Assembly (NCBI RefSeq): GCF_001194135.2
Contig: NC_068999.1
Coordinates: forward strand, 40,210,317-40,274,316
Source: Octopus bimaculoides
Lineage: Eukaryota
Length of the DNA stretch: 64,000 nt
Reading direction: 5' to 3'
In this document: piece after piece, positions 1-13,044 of the stretch
Numbering within the stretch: the stretch's first letter is position 1
Layout: every line of letters begins with the position of its first letter
Made by a program: the position numbers and the translations under genes
Notes under the pieces: model-generated
Told to the model about the DNA's origin: nothing
Seen by the model: only the letters and a program-made list of their open reading frames with translations
Databases searched by the model: none

Positions 1-285
1 TCCTTTCTATAAAATTTTCGCTTGTTGCAGCGAACAAATTGTAATTGTTTTAACTGTTTGCCTTTATATATAAGAAGAACCATGCCATTGATTTATGTGT
101 TAGTATAGTATAATAATAAATGTGAGCGTATTGTAGGATTTATCGACACTTGGAGTGCAGAATCACATTCTAGGAATAAACAATTATTCTCCGTAATGTG
201 TATCAACAGTAATGTACATTTAAAGCCCAACATTTTCATTATGGAAACAATTGGCAGTATATACACATATATAAAGATACACATA

Positions 286-329
<44 letters not shown>

Positions 330-856
330 CACACACATATATATACATTGCTTTATCTCTGGATTGCGTCACTTTTATAATACAGCTGTCATATTTGAAT
401 GGTCATCAATTCCCGGAAGAAAAATATTTTCGATGACAATATCTTACTTTTGTTTTGATTTCTTCTTTCGCCTTATATATTTCTCAGAAAGCTACACTGA
501 ATATGAAGGTCTTCATGCTGTGCGTGTTTTTGCTGTTGTTGTTTTCTTGTTTTCGCAAAAATTGAAAAATATTCCTTTGTTGCTTTAACAACACGTTATT
601 TTCCTTTTAACTTATATTTTCTTAACACGAAATCTAATAAGCATTTGTCGTTTTTGCTTTATACGTTATATAAATCAAGTGCCGTACTTTATCATTTTCC
701 TCGTGTAAAGTTACTGTCATGCACATTACTCACCCCTCCCACATTTTACTGCGCCTCATACGATCAATTTTCTACTCTTTCATTTTTTCCAGGTGTTTCA
801 TTTATTTCCTCAACCTATAGTTTATGCCAGAGCATTTTCTTCTACATTTCACAAAA

Positions 857-898
<42 letters not shown>

Positions 899-2400
899 AC
901 ACACACACACACACACGCACGCATACACACACACGCGCACACATTTATATAACATGTTGCTGTGAAGCCTATTCACAGAATCTCATTGCCACCAGAATTG
1001 CTGTGTTACCGATCATAATATATGGCAAACTTTATACAATAATATATTTTCTTACAGATAAATCTATGCTTTGACAAATATTTACATCCATAGAGAATAT
1101 AGTTAAATATTGAATTAATGGAAAATATTCCTTCGATATCGTGTTTGATTATGAATACTTCCCGTTATCAATGTATTTATATTATATCCTTCCTCGGTGT
1201 CTATAATATTTCACATGTTTACTCAACAAAGTTTCGATGTTTATCGTAACCTCTAACTATACTACTTCATACTGGTTTCATATTCAAAATGATGAAGCAA
1301 TGGGAAAATACTGATATCAATGATACATCAATGATACATGCATGCTTGTTACTATAACTGAGAAACTGTAAAATCTGGAATTCGCAGAAACAGGTGATAA
1401 TGTGTGTCGTTGATAACTATTAGATATAATAAAGACTACGTAGAAAATATCGAGAGACCGCCATCTGCAGGAAAATAAACCGATGAAGTGTAAGTATTCT
1501 TACACTTCGGAAGAATCCCTGAAATTGTAATTAATCATACTTATCCTCATAATACAGCGAAAAAATGTCATTAAAAGCATTGCTTCAAGACTTTAATTCC
1601 GGGGAAAGACTTGTATTTAAAATAAACGAAGATTAGGATGCAGTGAGGGGGTGAGATAATTATTTGGTTATTTGGTCTCTATTTTGACAGTTAAATTCGT
1701 TCACATCAGTCATTTGTAAAAGTCGGAGAGGGCAGTCTTAATTTCCATTCTCTAGAGAATTATAGAATCTTATATTGCTAAACGTTCCTTTCCTCTAGCT
1801 CTGTTGAAACTAGTCAAACCTGGTGTCGTTGCTAGCAATATTTCTTGATTTCCCTGAAGAGAAGATTACATTGTTTTACACTATTTTTTCCTTTGGAATA
1901 ATAACAATGATATTTTCGAAACATGTGTTGGAAGTAAAAGAATTTTAATAACACCAGCGTTTAACTCCATTTATTTATTTATATTATATATGCATACACA
2001 CACACACACACATAAGTATATATATATATATATNNNNNNNNNNNNNNNNNNNNNNNNNNNNNNNNNNNNNNNNNNNNNNNNNNNNNNNNNNNNNNNNNNN
2101 NNNNNNNNNNNNNNNNNNNNNNNNNNNNNNNNNNNNNNNNNNNNNNNNNNNNNNNNNNNNNNNNNNNNNNNNNNNNNNNNNNNNNNNNNNNNNNNNNNNN
2201 NNNNNNNNNNNNNNNNNNNNNNNNNNNNNNNNNNNNNNNNNNNNNNNNNNNNNNNNNNNNNNNNNNNNNNNNNNNNNNNNNNNNNNNNNNNNNNNNNNNN
2301 NNNNNNNNNNNNNNNNNNNNNNNNNNNNNNNNNNNNNNNNNNNNNNNNNNNNNNNNNNNNNNNNNNNNNNNNNNNNNNNNNNNNNNNNNNNNNNNNNNNN

Positions 2401-2441
<41 letters not shown>

Positions 2442-3183
2442 ATTTAACTGATTTTCAGAGTTTTATGTGTGCGTTCACCAAACAATTGTTGATAATGAGT
2501 ATTATCACACCTGTCAGATGAATTGTCATGTGAAACTCTGAGTAACAGTCTCTGAAGGATTTCGTCAGCTTTATAAAGTAATATATTAGCCTACCTTTGG
2601 TATTCGAGTACTATCTGCATCACCTTCTGTTGCACCTACGTGCATACTTGCGCATATGTTTCTATATGAGTGTTTGTATATATCTGTGTGTTCATGTATG
2701 CATTTATATATATATAATTTATAGACAGATGAATATGTAGATTCATACATATCAAAGAAATAGACAAGATTGTATATATTTGTGGACGGGTGTGTATGTG
2801 AATGCATATGTATATGAGTGAGAACATGCAATATAAAATTGTTCCATGTGGATCTGTGTGTCTGTTATCACGAACCAGAGAAACACAGGAATGAATAAAG
2901 CTTTCTACTTAATTACGAAATATGTTTCAGCTCTTAATTACGCATATAATTGAAGTAGTTTTTTTTCTCCATTTATTCTTGTTTTTTCTCTCAATGTTCT
3001 GTTAATATATCCACATCCTGTAATATTTGGCGTTTAGATTTACTTATTGAAATAATATTTTTTTCATAATCTTGTATATCCTGTATCACCTGACTAAGAT
3101 AATGTTTAAAGATGCCTTTAGTGAAATGTACATTATTAAGCAATTAATAGGAGAAAGTGCACTGTATGTGTATATGTATACAT

Positions 3184-3230
<47 letters not shown>

Positions 3231-5209
3231 CGTGTGTGTGTGTGTGTGCGTGTGTGTGTGTGTGCATAAATATATACATACATATATATGTATATACAAA
3301 CATGTGCGTGTGCGTGTGTCTGTACATAAATGGAAATTTTTGCTATGTATGTATATGTTTTGAACATATATATACGAATATATACATATATATGTGTGTG
3401 TGTTTGTGTATGTATATATACATTTGTGTGCGTGTGTGTGTATGTTTGTCCGTGTACATGTCTGTGCCCGTGTGAGTATATATGAGTGTGTGCATGTGCC
3501 TGTGCGTGCGTGTGGGTGCGTGTGTGTGTGCGTGCGTGAGTGTCCGCATATAGTTATACATCGCCATATATAGTTCCATACATAAATCCAAGCATACAGG
3601 CGGAAATAGTAATATCTTTAAGGTGCCAGCGATAAAATAATATAAAGTAAATGCAACAACAACTGATTACTATTTTTGTTAATGACAATTAATTAACGAG
3701 ATATGCTGCGAAAAAAAAAATAATCATCGTATTGATGTATCATAAAAAAACACAGTCAATGAAAACCAGAATACAAAACTAAGCATGTATGTCTTTTTTG
3801 TTTTGTTTTTTTTTAAGTGAATAAATGTCTTAACGGTTTACTCTGGTGATAAAATATTGAGCAAACGCAATACATTGTGTCACACTAATTAACGGACCTC
3901 GTTTTAAACATTCTACGTGAGCGTGGTGCTAATGAGCTTCTCGTTATGTTGGATAAACAGAACTTCGAACTTATGAAATACAGCAAAAGAAAACTGTGAT
4001 AGCTTTAAGTAATTCTATTAAGTTATGTAAGCTCTCTATATTTTTCGTTTTTTACCTTTTTTTTTATGAGTGTTATTTAATTACAACATCGTGTGACTTG
4101 TTCTGCTTTACGTAACTGTATGTGTAAGTGTGCGCAAGAAACAGCGTGTGTGTATGAAATCGTATATTTCAATATAGGATTTTGTAACGTTCCTTTTTTT
4201 CCCCGAGAAGTAAAGAAATTTTGCTGTAATTTATTCGAGTTTACATAAAATGGGAGAATTTTATATACGTGGAGCATAGTTTTGTTATAGAACGTAATCA
4301 GATAAGTGTAGGCTAAGGCTTTTGTCCATGGCTTTTAGTCATATTTATGATTGGTGTGTGACGCTTGTGTTGATAGTATTTTGTTGAGAATTTATTCAAG
4401 TTTCATTGAATTTTCTCTGCTTCCGACCACAATGATTAGCCTCGAGATCGCGGCCATGCTAAAATCTCGACTATATAATAAAATCGATAATTTTTCAATG
4501 TAAAATTCTGGCGTTTGATGTTTGTTCTCTATTTCATATTGAAAGCTGCTTGATCATAAAGTAGCCCTTTTCGTCTGCATTGTATCAAATGAAATATCTG
4601 ATCATAGTCCACACGCTTTTCATAATCAGTACAATAATCTCTTAAATACCGATTTACCCTTTGAGAAATCAACATTAGAAGCTTGCTTAGATCTGTGCGT
4701 CGTTACCTAGTTGGTCACATTGTTTTAACTATTTGTATACTTTTGAAGTATGATTTTAAGATATGATGTGTCATGTTATTGTTAGTGTGGTTTTAGTATG
4801 AGTAAAATTATATGGCTAAAGCAACATAAGTTCAGAGAAACTGCTTCTAGGTTCGGAGTTCAAATCCTGTCACATTTAGTTTAGCTTTCACTTTTGTATA
4901 TCGACTGAACCTACTGCAAATATTCTGGATTTGTATGCTAATTAGAATGACTTGTTTAAGCGATTAATATAATTTATTAAGATACGTGTTAAAAATTTTA
5001 TTGCATTCGACGTTGCATTTCGTCTTTCCAGAGTCGTTAAAACGAGTCGACATCTTCGTTTAAATAAATTTAAGCGTGGAAGGAACTTTAGGAGAATAGG
5101 AATTCAAACTCATTCATAATTAAGTACAGTCATATTTACAAGAATTTGCATATATATGAGTTGTCATTCCATAATAACACCAAAAAGTGAACTTTCCGAG
5201 ACGCAGTTT

Positions 5210-5570
5210 TAAAAATCTTGTTTACAATCAAAATTCACTCGACTCAAATATTTTCTGTAGATCCTTGCGGCCAGAAGGATTTCTTATGAATTATTTCCAT
5301 ATGTTGCACGTTCTTAGTGATACTTTCAACAGGAAGAAGTTTGGCATGTGATTCAACAAATTCTCCACGGAAAACCAAATATGTTAAAGATAATGCCCTC
5401 TCTCAGAAATGTTATTGTGAGGTGCAACCTACCAAATCTTCGTTGAAAAACATGCAATTGACGAAATATGAATAATTCTTTACTTCCAAACTAGAGACTG
5501 ATATAACTGATTGAAAAATGAATTCTAAAATTCATTTTGTAATTCATTAATGTCCATCATTTTTTAAGAT
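5210..5570 (+). mobile_element. Highly degraded mariner transposase 3' relic
   Basis: Frameshifted translation resembles the mariner C-terminus pattern (YSxDLAPxDF, F..KP..Y..GI..L..KW); multiple stops; boundaries approximate. Confidence 0.5.
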
Positions 5571-6927
5571 AACAAGGCAAATGACGTTGCATTGTTTACC
5601 CAACGCAAATAAATTACCCTGATAAATTTACAATGGATTAGAAGAGATGCAATGGATTAGAAGAGATGAAGGATTTGTTTTTCTTTTCTCCAATTTGAGC
5701 ATACAACAACAATCAACTTCTTGATCATTGCAAATCACTCAGGCAGCACTTGCAGAGAAACACATGCTCTATGGAACACTTAATTTTTTTCAAACTCTAG
5801 TGTTATGATCCTTTTCGGATAGAAAATTTCTCGACTATCAAGTTATATATGGTACAACAAAATATCTAGGGATATGTAAGAGCTCCCTCAAAACCCAAAG
5901 ATTCTATTCACATTCTAATCAACATTTTAGACAATAAGGTGTCTGGTTATTTCCCCAATAATTTCCCCATTCGGCATTAATATAGCCAGGAGCCCTAATC
6001 TGCAAAGGCAGTGGTTAAGAAAACAGACAAATGATTCTTTCACCTTAAATAAGAAATAAGTGGCAGAGCAAAAAATCATGTTTGGGTCCCCGGTTTCAAT
6101 TGACAAAGTGTGACAACTACTTCCAGTTTATAATAATGTTCGCAAATCAATAACACAAAATTATCGCTTTTCAGGAAGTAAAAAGATAATTATCCTGCAA
6201 GACTGTTATATTAGTTGTTCACCAAGACAGATTTCAGCTAAAAAATGGGGAACTTCCATAATGCCTCAACGTGGTTTTAGATCAGCTGCGGCTTTGTAAT
6301 GGCTCCAACAAATTTATCGAACAAGCTTGATCCCCATTTTACTGGTTGAAGCAAAATAATGAATGCAGTTATAAACAGATAAACCTATATTATAACATAT
6401 ATAACCTGTCTGTATAAAAGACTTGAATTTATGGTAGATATAAGATTCGTCATATTAGTAAATACATCTCAGGCGCACACAATAACTGTTGCTAGATAGA
6501 ATTTTGAGGAATACTTCTCTGCAAATGACCAAGTATATGCAACATGCTGAAAGTAAAATGTTTTATAATCGTTTTCATTATGCCTCGGACAGTAAAACCA
6601 AAAACATTGAATATCGTGACGTCCTTAAATTTATCAAATATGATATATATAACTGAAAACCGATTGCAACACTTTCAGTAAATTACTTACCGCTGCATTT
6701 TTTGAAGTTTCATAATTTGAACATGACGATTTCTTGCTGAGATTACATTATAAGAATAATTTTAAATGAACGTATCATTTCAAGATACACCTGCATCTAT
6801 GTAGTTTTCAAACTATTTTCATAATTAATTAATTTCAAAATTACAAGATAATATATGTTAATAGTCGTTTGAAATATAATAGAATAGTTTTTGCGTTTAT
6901 AGCAAATGTTAATAGCAAATATTCTCT

Positions 6928-7090
6928 AAGGCAGCAAGCTGGCGAAAACGTTAGCACGCTGGGGAAATTGTTTGATGACATTTCTCTGTCTTTAAGTTCT
7001 GAGTTTGAATGCTGCCGAGGTCGCCCTCGCTTTTATCATTTCGGGGTCGATAAAATAAATAAGAGTTGAATACTGGGATCGATGTAATTC
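6928..7090 (+). mobile_element. tRNA-derived SINE, family A
   Basis: AGGCAGCAAGCTGGCGAAAACGTTAGCAC...GTTCTGAGTTTGAATGCTGCCGAGGTCG...TTTCGGGGTCGATAAAAT; the same module recurs at about 22637, 28790, 39585, 40925, 45200, 49830 and 55237; B-box-like GAGTT(C/T)AAAT. Confidence 0.85.
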
Positions 7091-7199
7091 ATTTTCTCCG
7101 CCACCCGACGTTACTAACAATCTTTTCGCTAACACATTGCCCAAGTCATAAACTCTGTGTCTAGCAGATTTAAGAGTCAAAACTCTCTCGGGTGTCCTC

Positions 7200-7500
7200 A
7201 CTGTCGGCGCCCCACCTCAGCAGTTTCAACATACCTCTGCTAACAGCACTAGGAATTATCCCGATCTGTTGCCAGTTGCAATAGACGTCTGCCAAGAGGA
7301 ACAGTGAGTAAAAATCTTGAAAACATGGAACAAATAGGGGCTGCAATAAGGGTAGAGCACTTGCAGAAAAACAACACTGCTTGGAACCGTTCGAATTCTC
7401 CGAAGGGTGCTGCAAAAAATAAGGAGGGTTACTTTAGTTCACTGGTAGGAAACAGCTGGCACCGTAGTACATCTCCAGGATTAGAAGCTGTGCAATGACA
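7200..7500 (+). mobile_element. 3' end of an R4/Dong-type non-LTR retrotransposon (restriction-like endonuclease tail)
   Basis: Translates GTVSKNLENMEQIGAAIRVEHLQ, then after a frameshift KTTLLGTVRILRRVL. This matches the typical R4-clade C-terminus (GALGTVxKxL...LQKxxLLGTARILRRVL). Confidence 0.7.
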
Positions 7501-7771
7501 CTGGGCCAGATGGCTTTTGATCTTAAACTGATCGGAAGTGTTCTCATGTACATTGTTTTGTCTTGGTATAAAAGATGGGCTACAGCAAATATTCCACTGT
7601 ATGTAATGTTTGTGTGTGCGCGCGTGTATGTGTGCGTGTGTACGCGTGCATATGTCCATTTGCGTTGTGCGAAAACGAAAAAATTGTTTATGTCACTTAG
7701 TAAATTGGTAAGAAAAGGCATTACCGAATATCACTGAGACAGAGTAACAACAGCAGCAGCAATAGCAGAAC

Positions 7772-7823
<52 letters not shown>

Positions 7824-7835
7824 TGTAGTAGTAGT
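7772..7835. repeat. (TAG)n microsatellite
   Basis: Direct reading of the sequence. Confidence 0.97.
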
Positions 7836-8920
7836 TTAATTGTTAGTGGCGGTGGTGAGGATGTTAAAGTGATGGTGTTGTGATGGTAATAAGTAACAAT
7901 ATACCGAATTTCCATATTGTTGCAAACGTTAATAAAATATGCAACAGCGGTTTGCCTCTTTACGTTATTAACCCTAGGGATATATGAAACATTGTGACAC
8001 CTGGTGTTTCATACAAATAAGGTTATCGAACCATCATTACACATTTAATTCGACATGCTTTTCTTAACGCCAATTTAATAATTAAATTCTGCGCTAATAC
8101 TAGTTAGCCTGATGTTAATAAAGAGATGTAACGCAATCACAAACATGTCTTCGTATCGATGATGGTTGCAAGCTCATGTTTATTTAAATAGATGCATGCA
8201 TGCATAAATGCACACATGTGCATCTACGAATATATCTCTGTGTGTGTGCTTGTGGGTATCTGTGTATGTGTGTGTGTGAGTATGAAAGGGTTTGTAATGA
8301 GTGTTATTGATATAACTGGTAATCTTTATAGTTACATACGCAAACACACACACACACACACACACACACGCACGCACACACACGCACACTCGCAGATATA
8401 TAGATATATACTTGATGAATGTTTATTCATATATGCAAACATACACATATGTATGTGTGTACGTATATATGTATATGTATATGTAAGTATGTATGTATGT
8501 ATGGCGATAATGAAGGCGATGATGACGATGATGATGAGGATGAGGATGAGGATGATGATGATGATTTCGATTCAAAGGTCAACCTGACCAATATTTAAAT
8601 AGAAGTTGAATCCTGTGGTGCAATATCATTCACCGCTAATAGTTTTGTTCTGCCTGTGCACTTAGTATTTATACATATTCATACATTGTACAGATTTGCG
8701 AGCGATGTTGTGGATGTGTATATATACATATATATATATATNNNNNNNNNNNNNNNNNNNNNNNNNNNNNNNNNNNNNNNNNNNNNNNNNNNNNNNNNNN
8801 NNNNNNNNNNNNNNNNNNNNNNNNNNNNNNNNNNNNNNNNNNNNNNNNNNNNNNNNNNNNNNNNNNNNNNNNNNNNNNNNNNNNNNNNNNNNNNNNNNNN
8901 NNNNNNNNNNNNNNNNNNNN

Positions 8921-8953
<33 letters not shown>

Positions 8954-9699
8954 CGGGGTTTGTGTTCTTTATGCCTGCGAGTGTGTTTATGTGCGTGTGT
9001 GAAATGTGTGGGTGTTTGGCTGTCCATTTTTTGATTATCGAATCCATTTATTTCCCCTTAGTCTTACATCTGTCCAATGATTTATTAATTCTTTCCCGGC
9101 TGAATTATAACACTGGAAGTTGTGCTTGCATCGACCCAGCCGAGGAATGGTTAACGAAAAGTGTTAGTCGTTAAATACACTACACCTGTATTTCTATAAA
9201 AATCCACATTTAAATAATTACACGATAATTCTTAACGCTTTTCGAATTAGGTGGTTTTCTTTTTTTGAATTTTAACTAATTTTCGATGTTCACGCCTATT
9301 AAAAGAAACTATACTGATGCATTTTGAATAACATTATAAATATCAAACTAATATACTTATTTGTTATCTTCTTTCTCACGAACACTTTCTGCTAATCAGC
9401 GTGACATGACAACAAACATTTGGTCACAGGTCCTCGTTGATAGCAAAGAAAACAAATTTCAGAAAACGATTTCAGAGTTTCTTTCGGTATCAGTATCGAA
9501 ATGCACATTCTATGAAACAATTTTGGTTTGTTTCATTTGTTTCACACACATTTACATTTTCATATTATCAGTAAACATGTCACCAGATAAAAATACCCAT
9601 GTATGGTAACATCGGATTAATCGTATGGAACTGCCCTAATACACGCACACATGTACACGCACACACACACACACCCACACACACACACACGCACACACA

Positions 9700-9740
<41 letters not shown>

Positions 9741-9904
9741 GTACACGCAAAAAAACACACACACACACGCAGAGAAAAACACATCCAGGCACACATAAAC
9801 GCACGGAAATAAATATAGTGACAATTACAGAGTTTTTCATTTTTACCAATCTGTTTAGTTACAAAAGGCAATACTAAAGCTTGAACCACAGTCAGATATG
9901 TTGA

Positions 9905-10365
9905 CTGTTCTCTCGTGAGGGATTCGATTCAGCAATAGTAAATGTTCGGATGTGGTATTGTGTATCGAGAATTTGTATCTCTGGGGCAGACTGTCCTGTC
10001 AATCGAGTGTGTTCATGCGATGTTTTGAAACGTTCGATGGATGACTTCCAGCGGAAGCGATCGGATGTGTGGGGTATTGGTTTCTACACTGAGCTCTCCC
10101 CACTCGTGCGTTTCTTGCCACACTTACCCTATTTAACACATACATATTTCTATCTCGTCCCCAAGAGGAACATGGATCTCAAAGGTCGCTGTTTTAAGAC
10201 CGTTGTCGAGATCCAGAACGAATCGCAAACGGGCCACGACTCGCTTAGCGAAAACGACTTTCGAGCCGGATTCCGGAAGCGGCAGGAACGCTGGTACCTA
10301 GCAAGGTGATTATTTCAAATGAGGTGATATTAAAACTTAGGTAAATAAGTTTATGTTTGTTACCA
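9905..10365 (+). mobile_element. Mariner transposase C-terminal relic
   Basis: ORF 9950-10309 contains LPHLPY..FYLVPKRNMDLKGRCFKTVVEIQNESQ..LSENDFRAGFRKRQERW and continues into QGDYF. This matches mariner PHPPYSPDLAP.DF.LFPK.K..LKGRRF....EIQ..SQ.....F..W..RW...GDYFE. Confidence 0.85.
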
Positions 10366-11340
10366 CCTTCTAATATAGATTAATTCTGTTTTTTTTATGT
10401 AAATACAAATAGAGGGTGAGGGTCGAGGATCAAGGATAGGCAGAAAGACAGAAAGTTTATAGAAAGAGATTACGACATTTGAAGCAAATCTTTTTTGACC
10501 TCTGCATTATTTTACATATTCGCACAGCCATGTTTTTTTATGCTCTTCGGTGTCCATATATTCATGCGTATATATGGATATTTCTTCTTGGTCTATATGT
10601 GGTATGCTATGTATGTATATGTACTCATAATTTTTATAAAACAACGAAGAAGCAAGGTACGACTGTATGTTTTAACTTAATAACACTCAGTCATTCAGAA
10701 CCATCATTGCTTACTCACATATACCTGCACACATATACATGTATGCAACATGTATTTATGCATACGTATAGATATTCATACACACACATACGAATCCAAA
10801 GAATGTATGTCTTTATGTCTGTGTGTGTGTGAGTGTGTGTATGTATGTGTGTATACACGCTAACACGTACCGACTTTTGTGTATCTTTTTCGAAGAATGT
10901 GCCTATGCATAAATTCATATTCGCCCATCTAATACGTTTGTACATAAATCATTGTAACCTTAAATATAGAATGTCATAGTGAGACATAGGTCTGTGGAAT
11001 TAATTCGTTAAAATCACATTAAGCAGGCATGTGCAATAACAGCTGGGATATTTTAGAATCAGTGCGTATCACTCATTGACAAAGGCAACTTCTCTAATGT
11101 CGAATATTGAAAACAATTTCTTGAAACAAATCTTCAATGTCTATCAAAGATCAATACCGCATATTAAATATTTGCATCGCTTCTGTATTTACAATTCTTG
11201 AATATAGAGATTTTAGATCCGGTCGAGATGGTAATTTTAATCTGTTTATTAAGTGACACTTCAAGCGTATGCTGAACTCACTTCGTGATTTTAACGCAAT
11301 AGTTTTTCCGTTGTTTGGACTACAGAATAATATACAGGTT

Positions 11341-11346
11341 TTTATT
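11341..11346 (-). promoter_or_regulatory. Candidate polyadenylation signal AATAAA
   Basis: TTTATT on the + strand, about 18 nt downstream of the TAA stop at 11364 of the candidate terminal exon. Confidence 0.4.
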
Positions 11347-11363
11347 ATAATGGAACTGTCTGC

Positions 11364-11517
11364 TTATTCCAAGTACAAAGACATTTTAATGTAATCCTTC
11401 ATTCTCTGATATAACGTGCATTGACGTTGCATCAGAAATCTGGGATTTTGAGGATAAGTGCAAGGTCTGTAAGGTGTGGTACCGCAGTTGTGGGTCGACA
11501 TAAGTACGGGGACGATA
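11364..11517 (-). CDS. Candidate terminal exon of an unknown Cys/Tyr-rich protein
   Basis: Acceptor ttttattcaag|T, then IVPVLMSTHNCGTTPYRPCTYPQNPRFLMQRQCTLYQRMKDYIKMSLYLE*. Phase matches the exon at 11817-11995, AATAAA follows, and it is non-repetitive with no transposon motif recognised. Confidence 0.4.
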
Positions 11518-11544
11518 CTTGAATAAAACGTCCTAGGCGCAAGC

Positions 11545-11720
11545 ATGGCAGCATAGTTTAGAATCTCGCTTTGAAACCAGGTTGCTTCAGGTTCAGATCA
11601 CTGTGTGGCAGCTTGGACATATGTTTTCTACTATACCAGCCCAGGGCCGACCAATGCTTTCAGAGTGAGTTTCGTGGATGGAAACTGTGTGGAAGCAAGT
11701 CTTTTACGCGTGTATATATA
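11545..11720 (+). mobile_element. tRNA-derived SINE, family B (degraded 5' half)
   Basis: GGTTCAGATCACTGTGTGGCAGCTTGGACATATG..TACTATA..GGGCCGACCAATGCTTTCAGAGTGAGTTTCGTGGATGGAAACTG; homologous to the copy at 51448-51836. Confidence 0.8.
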
Positions 11721-11721
11721 C

Positions 11722-11828
11722 TCTTCAGGCCAAGGATATCTTGATTAGATTAAAGGTCACATTGTCACAAGGAGGTACATGTTAACGATGTAGCCTTTAA
11801 TCTAGTCAAGATATACTTGGCCTGAAGA
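11722..11828. repeat. 41-bp inverted repeat with 25-nt loop (hairpin)
   Basis: Left arm TCTTCAGGCCAAGGATATCTTGATTAGATTAAAGGTCACAT (11722-11762); reverse complement of right arm (11788-11828) TCTTCAGGCCAAGTATATCTTGACTAGATTAAAGGCTACAT; 37/41 identical. Confidence 0.95.
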
Positions 11829-11995
11829 ATAGACGGCGGTATACACCCCACTCGGGTTTCAACATTTCTGAGGTTCCACTCGCAAGGAAACATATGTAAC
11901 CCGAATTTGTCATACTCCATTCCGTAACACTTGTATTCTTTTTCGTACACTCGGCAGCCCTGGTACCCTACCGAGGAATATTCCGGCTGATGTTT
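11817..11995 (-). CDS. Candidate internal exon of an unknown Cys/Tyr-rich protein
   Basis: Acceptor ttttgtcttttatctaag|AAA and donor GCCAA|gtatat. The only open frame reads KHQPEYSSVGYQGCRVYEKEYKCYGMEYDKFGLHMFPCEWNLRNVETRVGCIPPSILQA. GC is elevated versus the flanks. Confidence 0.45.
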
Positions 11996-13044
11996 CTTAG
12001 ATAAAAGACAAAAAATCCGCAATATTCCATCTCAATAAACCACGATTGTTCTTGAAAGTTGTTTTTTATATTCCCTACTGATTCCATCGATCGCTGGAAC
12101 TTACATATATATATGTATGTGTGTGTGTGTGTGTGACAGAGTGTATGTGTGTGTGAGTATATGTGTGTGCATGCGCGTAAGTGCGTCTGTGTGTGTGTAT
12201 GCGTCTGCTCTCCACAATTTCGGATGAACTAACCGCCCGACGTAATGTACAGTGAAGGGCAACGGAATTAAAGTCTCTCGTTCATCAAATATGCCAAGAG
12301 CTGGGACAAAGGTACATACAAGTGTGTTGAGGTAAAATACCCCAGCCTGAGGAAATAAGCAAGACTATGGTGGAGCTGCAGCATGACCACAGCTGCATGG
12401 CTGAAACTAATGAAAGAATAAAAGAATAAACGAATAAAAGAATATATATGCGTATGAACGTGTGTGCGTGCGAAGCTATGCGTATGAAAGCATCTGTATG
12501 AATATGGATTCATACATACTTTCAAGCAGACATGAATGTACGAATTCAAACCTGTCTGTACATAAATATTAGCTCATTGACAGTAATACCAAGACTGCAA
12601 CATAAAAGATATTCAACTGTCTTCAAATTGATTCTGTTTTTGAAAAGCCGACTACTTGACGTGTGATATAATTAAAACCTGCTGAATATATAATGAGTTC
12701 CTACAGGGCTTTACAAGATAGGTATTCTTTTGAAGTATGGAGATGATTCTGTCCTTTCTTTTGAGGAAGCCAATTGATGTCGGGTGTAGAAGTTGAAGAA
12801 TTTTCTTTTTTCGCATTTCTTATATATAGCCAGAAACCCATCCATAGACATATACACTCACACAAACCATATACGTAAATACACACACACACGCACGCAC
12901 GCACACATACACACACACACACATACACACACATACACTCACACACATATATATAGTGAGAGAGCGAGAGGGAGAGAGAGTGATATGGAGAGAGAGAAAG
13001 CGATAGGTAAATTGTCGTCATGTTATATTTTTTAATTTCGCACA

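Noticed and set aside
503-565. MKVFMLCVFLLLLFSCFRKN* signal-peptide-like mini-ORF
   Set aside because: It stops after 20 codons, has no credible donor, and is explained by GT/T-rich composition.
9950-10309. 119-aa ORF as a host gene
   Set aside because: Mariner transposase C-terminus.
11364-11995. Naming the Cys-rich candidate as IL-17-like or ependymin-like
   Set aside because: Only partial motif resemblance (CxW..IP..I.xA; GCIP). The diagnostic cysteine spacing and terminal CxC are missing.
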